NCBI GenBank assembly: GCA_030141605.1
Contig: JAQGDQ010000514.1
Coordinates: 1 to 64,000, forward strand
Direction: 5' to 3'
Source: Tubiluchus corallicola
Taxonomy: Eukaryota; Animalia; Priapulida
DNA: 64,000 nucleotides
A program made the translations under genes and the position numbers. The notes beneath the pieces were generated by a model. It did no database searches. It had not been told where the DNA came from and saw only the letters and a program-made list of their open reading frames with translations. The stretch's first letter is position 1. Every line of letters starts with the position of its first letter. Below, piece by piece: positions 55,326-64,000 of the stretch.

Positions 55326-58300
55326 ATGCCTGCATACAAAGTTGCTGTACTACCTAATACAGGTACATGCTGGGCTGAGTCGCAGCAACGCTGCAAGGAG
55401 ATTGGACCCTCACTCGTCCGGCGCAAGTATTTTGACAAAGAGTCTCTAACAAAATCAAAATTAGCACGAGTTCTTGGAACATTAGATTTGACAGCTCTAG
55501 GTATGTGTTTCCTCTGAATAACAATAATAAAATAGTTATAATTGTAACAAGAGTCAGTAACAGTTTCATTTTTCAGTTCCTTTAAATAGAAGTAGAGTTC
55601 AACTACTTGACAATTATCTACGTAAATTAACCTACACTGACAACTTCATGTGTGTACGTGCTAGACAGGGTGCAGTATGATACAGGGATATCATTTTATG
55701 ATGTATTTACTTTCACCTGGTCAGGAAGTGAAACCTTCAATATTTCAGATGGAAAGGAGGTAAGTTCATCCCCTGATACCAGGTACTACCTACAAGGCTG
55801 TAATTAATAATTTTCAACTGAATAGTATTTCTCTTCTCTGTAACAGTAGTATTTAAATATTTAGGCAGTACGTTTTATGAAGTTTTGTTTGACATAATGA
55901 TTTTCTCTTATCTATTCTAGTACCTGCTATGCATAAGATAGTACTACCTTGGAGAAAACACAAGTTTTATTTAAAAATAGCGTGATAGCCAAGCGGTCAC
56001 ATTATGCTTGTAGCAATTGAAATTGAACAAACTAGGCCGGGCTAGCAAATGGATCTGTGGCCACCAAAAAACCACTTTTGAATGGTTTCATACGACCTCC
56101 TGCTATTTATCTCAATAAGGGAGGATGTATTTACGTCCTAATATTGTCGTGTCTTTCAATTCTGAATCTCGCCTTAAACGATTATTCTTGATAACTAGAT
56201 AAGTTCTGGTCTTGCCACATCCATCAATATTTTTTACATCCTGAAACTGAGCACTGGATTCCAATTTGCGATAAACAAAACTGTATAAAATTAAGAGAGA
56301 GAAGTCTGCTGGTGACTGACGATGAGAAGGCTGTATGTGCTAGAACGAAATCTGCACTAGGGAAAGAAATGAAACAACTAAAGTTGTAATTTACTGCATT
56401 GCAGGTTTGTGTAGTTGCAAATATTTACCCGTTTTGAAGTACATATTTACTTGCATTAAAGTTATTTATCTATTTTTCCCCAGGAATTGGAAGTACTTTG
56501 GGTGCTGGTATTTATGTGGTTGCAGGACAAGTGGCAAGGTCTACTGCAGGTCCTTCTGTAATTCTATCTTTTTTCATCGCTGCTTTAGCTTCAGTGTTAT
56601 CAGGTAACATATCTTGTTCTTATTTTAGGTGCTTTTTAGATGTAAGAAGTAATAGAGTATAATACCAATATAATAAATGTAATTATTTCTAACAAAACTT
56701 TGTTTTCTACTTTAGTGGAGATAGTGGAAAGGCATTTATTTCTTTAAGTAGAGAGAGTGTTGGGTAAAGAAAAGTGAACGTTTTATGTTCACTATAATCA
56801 TAATCCATAAAATCTAAAAATAGAATGTTGTAATAATTAATTCTTTGCTTATTAAAAAAATTTTTAATAATGGGTTGCACTTACCTTTTCTACCTCCCCT
56901 AGTGGAAGAGGGCTGTCATGAATATGACATAAACCAATTCTGTGATCACTAACTGGTCTTTAAATGCAGAAGTATTATCTGGCAACAGTACTTTTATGCC
57001 TTAGGGTAACCATACATGTAGTGAATTGCCTGAAAACATTCACAAAAGAATCAATAAACAAATTTGGTATCATCTGTAGATTTAAATATCTAATGGAAAA
57101 AGTAAAAGGAATGTCGAAACTTTGTTCCCATGATATGCGTCACTGTTTTTGCACCATGGGAAATAGTTTAGATATTCCTTTTACGTTTTCAGCTATTTGA
57201 ATTTTAATCTACTCTAATAGATATTACTCTAATGCAACACCCGATTAGACTTAACACCCAATTAGTGCAATAACTGTATAACCATATTATGTCTTGCAAC
57301 ACTTTTGCAGTAGCTTACATTTTAAACTGATAACTTTGCAAGTATAGTTACCATTTAATATTTACCAATGCAATATGTGCTTTGTGAAATAATCAGTTTT
57401 GATGTCCTAAAAATGTCTTAAATAGCTAACTAGATCGCATTGCGCACGTAGATACATGCGTATAAGCAATGTTTGCCATTATGTAATAACTATTATGTTT
57501 TGCACCGAAAATACTGTATATAGTTTTATAAATAAATGTGTTTAGTGTATGTTTTAAATGAATACATACTTCTTTGAAATCGATAATTGCTCAAAAATTT
57601 ACAGCAGTGAGTGATAGTGTTATAGTCAGCACTATTCTGTCTTGGGCCTGATAGTATTATAGTCAGCACTATTCTGTCTGCGGCCACTCACAGTTTCGTT
57701 GGTGTACACTTCCGACTGCTTACAGCTGTGCTGTGTGTAGCTGACTTAAATGTAATTTAAGTTTTTATGTTAGTTTTTTGGGAGTGTTTTGATTTGTCAG
57801 TGTACGATCATACAGAGATTTTATCAACAAGTGCTACTTTCTTGAGTCTTATTATCAAATTACCATATTTACTGTTCCTGCATATTCAGATAATGGTAAG
57901 GGGTTCACACATATTTCAAGTGCCGCTATCTGTATCAAAGGTTTATTCAAATAATGCTATTCACGGTGCTGATGTGCATTTGCATAAATAAGAATTGAAA
58001 TGGTTATTTGTACTCAGTGCTTTTGGAGAAGTAAGAGAAGTTTATGAAGCCAAAATGCTGTTAATTTTTCACAGTTTTCATAACAATGTTGTTTGCTTTT
58101 GCTATTAAATGTTAAAAATAAGCAGCAAATCTGCTACTTGAAAATCTTTTGCTTCCAAGTTGCACTAGTTAAAAATGTAGATTAGAGCTTTCATTAAGAA
58201 TTGTACATTAATGATATTAGATGGTGTTAATGGTGACACAATGTAATGAATCGATATTGTAATATTGTAATGACATAATTAGTGCCCTTATTTCCCAAAG

Positions 58301-61300
58301 TTAAGTTCCAGAACTACAAATACCAATAATCGTCTACTTCTCCCAGCCAGAGGATGATACTGAACGTTGTTATTTTGTCGTTAGTTTTTTGAGTTGTGGT
58401 TGTGCCTCTAAGCAGAATTAGAATTAGAATTCATTTTTGACAATTATAAATGTAAAATTAATAAAATGCAATTAATAAATGAAAAAAGTCTATTTATCAA
58501 CAGCACTACTGGTTATAATAGCAGAAAGGGTGATGAAAGACGTAAGTAATCTGGTCGGCCACCCTTCTAGTCCTCTATGAAGTACAGCCACGGGCTGATA
58601 ATCCTCTGAGATGAGAAGTTGAACATGGGAGTTATTTTAGGGTAGTATGACATAGTACATTAATTTTGCCAAATGGCGCATATCACTAATGATTGTTTTA
58701 ATGATTATATGGTTTTATAAAGTCACTGTAGTTAGGTGTTTTTACCCATGTATTAGCAAGTTATTTATGACTGCTTGTAAAACCAGTTAACTGCTGATGT
58801 GTCAAAATTACATGCAGATGTTATAAATACTCACTCCAACATGCTGTAAATTGGGCATCAATGCGTGAACTGTTGATAATAAGTTGAATAAAATTTTTAA
58901 GGACCTAGTTTAGAAATTGCAGGATCAGGCTATTCTGTTTGTTAATAATGTGGACTAAACTCACGTTCTTCCGTGAATAAAAGCCATATTATTTTCTTGC
59001 TAGTTAATTGGTAATTGTTGCAAAATGTTTCACATTAACTACAGTTAAATGGGATTTTTCTTTTTTTTTGTTATTATTGTCTAAGTATTAATTGTACTGG
59101 TATAATCTGTACATAAAAGATTCTAAGGTTCCCTTGAGTCTACCAGTTTTAGCAAGCTTTTTATCAAACAAAAGGTTTCAAATGTTAATCTATTGTGGTG
59201 TTATTAATATACCATATAATGGGTTCTCACATAAAACTTTTTAGGTTAAGTGTAACTGCAGTTGTAAAATAATATTTTTTAATCTTTGACATACTGTGAT
59301 TTAACTTTTTCTGCACTTAATGTCTTTCAGGCCTCTGTTACGCAGAATTTGGTGCTAGAGTGCCCCGTACTGGGTCAGCCTACGTCTATAGCTATGTTAC
59401 TGTTGGAGAACTGTGGGCATTTATTATTGGTTGGAACTTAGTATTGGAATATGTCATAGGTACTAAGAGTGTTTTTATTGCGTGCATGTCATTCTATTCA
59501 TGTAGTCTAGTCATTCTTTCTAGTCGTACAGAATGTACCAAAACTTCAGACTTCATAATTTATAATCTTTGCCTTATGGGTGGCAAAGATTACTTGAATC
59601 ATGGAAATTTTTCAAACCATTTTGATTTTTGAAAGTTTCACAGTTAAAGATTTTACCTGTTTTATACTAAAACATTGTAAGTCGTGGCACACCTCTAGAA
59701 TTTTTGAGAAACAATTCTGCCCTACATCTGTGAGATTTGGATGTCTTTAACATTCATTTTGTTACATACATTTTCGTGTTTTAAGTGCTGAATTCCTGTT
59801 AATCTATACTGCCGTGGACAAAATTGGAATTAAATTTTGCAACCCTAGTGGTGACCTTAGCAATTGGTAATAGGGCATTGTGTTTTTGTAATAACAAGTA
59901 AAAAGACACTTTTTTATTTTAGGTGCAGCAAGTGTTGCAAGAGCATGGAGTGCATACTTTGACTCACTAGTACATAATACAATAGAGGAATATTTACTAA
60001 GTCATTTACCAATGGATGTGCCTGGATTGTCACCATATCCGGATTTTTTTGCATTAGCCATCATTTTATTATTAACAGGTTAGGCAACTTGTAATTATAG
60101 TTTAATTTATTTCATGTTTTTATCTCTTTTTTAATCTTAATATGCAGTTATGTTTTTCTTATTTGCTAAAACTTACCTAAACTAAAGGTGCATGCAGTTA
60201 ATTCTTTCATTGTGGCCATATAGGTATGTTATAACTAAAAATATAAAAAAGTATTGAAAAATGAACTCAAACGTACCATTAACATTATGCACATATGATG
60301 ATTTTTTATACAAGAAAACGCCATTCTCACGTGTTTTAGGATTTTTCTTGAAAATGGTGAAAAAACAGTTTTCTCGCTGTTTCTAATTATTTTATAATTT
60401 TGAGTGGTTTTGGATGTGCCTTACTTTTATCTCCACGAATTTAAGTGTTGATTAATTTTATGTTTTTGTTAAAGTAGATAGGTTTATAGGTAAATATTGT
60501 TCATAAGATTTTTTTTGTTTGTACACTGTTTTATAGTATATGTTCTTCCACCCTTTCTCTGAATTCAGGTATGCACAGATATTTGTCACCTTGTTTGGAA
60601 CGTTTAATCTAGAGGGCTAACCCAAAATTCTAATTTTAAAAATTTTGTCACACGAAAATTGTTTATATGAGAGTGGTGCAAACTAATGTGTATAGAAACT
60701 GACACTAAAAAGAGTTATCATGTTTAAAGCTGCTACATTTGTTTACAAAGACTGGCTTGTAGTTTTGCTTGTGCAATGTTTTTTTTTAAAATGAGTTCTC
60801 CTGTTAGTTTCCTGTTTTTAATGTGGCATGTAATTGCTAAAGCAGCAGCCAGTATGTAGTTTAATATGACACTCGGTCTATTTATACTGCAATTAGCACA
60901 AAATTTAGCAAAAAAAAGCAATAAAATTAATGCATTTGACAAAATTGCAGCACACAATATTTCTTATTGTATTGTAAAATAAGGTCTCTCACTGATTGTG
61001 TTATTGTAAATTAGTGTAAATTTCTGCAACTCTTTTGTAACTTCTTTAGTTCAGAGGACATCTCCTATTTGCTTGATATTACTACTTTAGGTCTGTTTCA
61101 TTTCTGAATTCTACATCTGTTTTAAAAAGATAAATTTTTTCTGCTTTTGTTGTAGCTATTTTGTGCATTGGTGTGAGAGAGTCATCAGCCGTTAATAACA
61201 TATTTACAGCTGTAAATCTGTTAGTTGTGCTGTTCATTGTTGTTAGTGGGCTCTTCCAAGCTGACGTTGACAATTGGAAGATACCTGCAGATCAGGTAAA

Positions 61301-63089
61301 ATTTTAAAAAGACTAAATCGTAATTTGCATAAATTTTTAAAGTTTGATCATTAACTGAAAATTTTGAATGTTGTTTTGAAATAACAAACAAAATTCTTCT
61401 TGGTCACACTGGTTCATTGGTTACGCAAATTCTAGGTTCCTAATGCTACAGTCTATGAAGGTGTAGTACACGAGAATGGAGAAGGTGGATTTTTCCCCTT
61501 TGGTTTTTCGGGAATGGTATCAGGTGCAGCCACTTGCTTCTATGCCTTTATTGGCTTTGATGTGATTGCGACTACAGGTATTTGCTACTGGCCTCAGCAA
61601 ATAGTTACATTTTTATATTCCTGATTGCATGTAACAATTTATGTATGTATGTTTGTTGACAAAAAGTATTTTCATGTACAACAAATCGTGACGCAATACT
61701 GCACGTCATTCAACCTTCATAAGGTGACATCTACCTTAATTGTATTCGGTTAATAACCTGGCATAAATTTTAGGAGGTTCATTAGTTTGTAAAATGAATT
61801 TTTTATCATGAAAGTCAATGTTAGTATAACTGTCTCTGATGTGCTGAGTTATTAGAGAGCTTTGCATTGCACGTCGTTCAGTCTGAATATCTTGGCCACT
61901 TGTACGCAGTCTAGTGTGGCATTCTGGATTTAGGTGTGCACCATATGTTTATTTTCTCAAAAAAATTACATTTCATTGTTCTCTGCACATACAAATTCGA
62001 AATTTGTCTATTTTGAGATTTTTTTACTTGTAAATTTGTAGCATTAATGTTATTGTAGGTGAGGAGGCTCGGAATCCCCAACGTGCTATACCTATCAGTA
62101 TATGTCTCGCACTTCTCTTTTGCTTTCTGGCATATTTCGGTATATCAGCTGTTCTCACGTTAATGGCACCATACTATGAACTGAGTGGTAATGCTCCTCT
62201 GCCATTTGTCTTCGATAAAGTTGGGTGGACCGTTGCCAAATATGTTATCAGCGTCGGCGCAGTATGTGGTCTTTCTACAAGGTTTGTTAAATTTATTGTT
62301 ATTGTTAATAATCTGCAAGTTTTCAAAAAGTGCTGTGCCTATATTTCTATAAACAATAAAAAATTGTGTTTGGTGTTTTATCGGGATTCAGTACAGCACT
62401 GGAATAGTTTCACTATTTTATACTTGATTTTATGTGTCTTTTTTCTCCATATAGCTCTGGTATGTGGTTCTTTTTTTAAGTGAAACATTTATAATGCAAT
62501 ATTCTGTTAGTTCCATTTTTAAAGTAAAGTATTTTCTATGAACTAAAAGCATTTGCCAACCAAACATTACCATATGTAAACTTCCGGATTACTGTTGTAT
62601 GCTGGATTTTGCTATTCGGTTTTCATTATTCTATGAAATTGTACAAGCTGAACAATTTAACAAACAGTCCACTATTAAACGATTGCGCTTCATTGCAGTT
62701 TGCTAGGATCCATGTTTCCAATGCCACGCGTAATCTACTCTATGGCAAACGATGGGCTTCTGTTCAAGTTTTTGGCAAGCATTAATCCTCGATTCAAAAC
62801 CCCAATCATTGCCACAATTTCGTCTGGACTGTTAGCAGGTATGCAGCTGTGTTGTTGGGTTTGATAAAGATGTGTAACTCATTCCTCTGAAAACATGTCT
62901 GAAGTAATGCAATATATTATAGTTTGTGTGCTTCGTAATAATTTCAGAAAAGGAACTGGTCAACATTTATTTATCTTTCCCTTTAGGCTTGATGACTACA
63001 TTTTTTGATCTAAAGGAACTTGTAGACATGATGTCAATTGGAACATTACTTGCTTATACACTTGTGTCGTGTTGCGTACTCATTTTGCG
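55326..63089 (+). CDS. SLC7A: Cationic amino acid transporter (CAT, SLC7A1-4 family), first nine coding exons; continues beyond the window
   Basis: Exons 55326-55500 ([19 protein letters not shown]), 56484-56603 ([11 protein letters not shown]), 59331-59459 ([21 protein letters not shown]), 59923-60078, 61156-61295, 61436-61577 ([20 protein letters not shown]), 62059-62281 ([11 protein letters not shown]), 62699-62838 ([22 protein letters not shown]), 62987-63089 ([20 protein letters not shown]). All phases match. Confidence 0.95.
57612..57685. repeat. 37-bp tandem duplication
   Basis: tgatagt.ttatagtcagcactattctgtct..ggcc twice. Confidence 0.85.
58414..58571 (-). mobile_element. L2/Crack-type 3' tail fragment
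   Basis: Minus strand agaagggtggccgaccagattac..gtctttcatcaccctttct stem-loop and (aattct)n tail. Confidence 0.6.
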
Positions 63090-64000
63090 GTGAGTCTTAT
63101 TTTTATAAGTTACTACTTGCTGCATATGGATTGTGAAATAAATCTATCAGTTTTACCATTTTACCAATTAATAGTAATTTAAATATCATTTTTTAAAACT
63201 AATACACAAAGTGCTGTATTATTTGCTATACATTATTTACTATTATTTATTTAAAGGTAATGCTTGTAACATAAAGTTAAAATGGCAAGGGTGTATTAGC
63301 TTCACAATTCTTGGACATTTATAGAAGTTTGGATTATCTTTCTAAAATTTGCCAGTAACTTCAAGAATTCACCAAATTTTATTTTAAATAGAACATATGT
63401 ATAAGATTAAAGGCAGAATTGAGAACACCAGTAAACAAATAATTGATCTATGATCAGCAATCAGTAAATGAGAAAGAACTCTTAGTTATGGTCAAACTAG
63501 TAATTTTCCTAATTTTTCTGTTAATAAATTTGCAACCAAATTTTGAAAAGACAACTACAAACAGATACAGAACAAAAAGTCAGGATGGCGGCTCAGAAAA
63601 CACAACCATTCAACCAATTATGATCAAAAATCAGTAGCTGACAAAAAGTACCAGGATGTGTCAGATTGACACTAATGCCAAATGGTGTCTGTTAGCATCT
63701 GCTGACGAGTAAATCGTAGTAAATATAAAGCTGTGTGGATGACAGAATTAGTTCATGCTAATATGAACTAGAACAACTAATAAAATGTCTGCATTGAACA
63801 GTTTGAAAAACAGCACAGTACACCATTATTTGTAGGTGAAAGGCAAAAGAAGAGAAAAAGCAAAAGCATAAGAAACACAATTACTAATTAACCAGGGTGT
63901 ACAGCATAGGAAAAACACAAAAAATGAAAACATTGCTGATAACAGAGTAGTAAGATAACCATTTGTCCAGCGTAGAGATTGGCTTTCTAGCACGTTTCGC

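Noticed and set aside
54761-55345. Repeat-spacer pattern as CRISPR-like array
   Set aside because: Eukaryotic intron, short degenerate repeats, irregular long spacers, no cas genes.

Overview
Intron-rich, AT-rich invertebrate metazoan genomic DNA; most short ORFs in the supplied track are spurious, and gene models were built by hand from splice sites and reading phase. Five host genes: the 3' part of GTF2H2 (TFIIH p44, +), carrying an apparently perfect 3139-bp internal tandem duplication; a complete 5-exon TSEN15-like gene (-) with a GC-AG intron and a long acidic/NLS tail; a complete 8-exon CNNM Mg2+ transporter (-); an intronless secreted pentraxin (-); and the first nine coding exons of a SLC7A cationic amino acid transporter (+). 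Mobile DNA is abundant: a near full-length decayed L2/Crack-type LINE, a 5'-truncated CR1, a decayed Academ transposon, hAT and Tc1/pogo MITEs, and LINE 3'-tail fragments. The most unusual architecture is TSEN15 intron 1. The 4.7-kb LINE starts at the 5' splice site and is followed by an AG|GTTAGT recursive-splice-like junction, then by a long palindrome made of two LINE 3' tails. All homology calls come from recalled motifs, not database searches.
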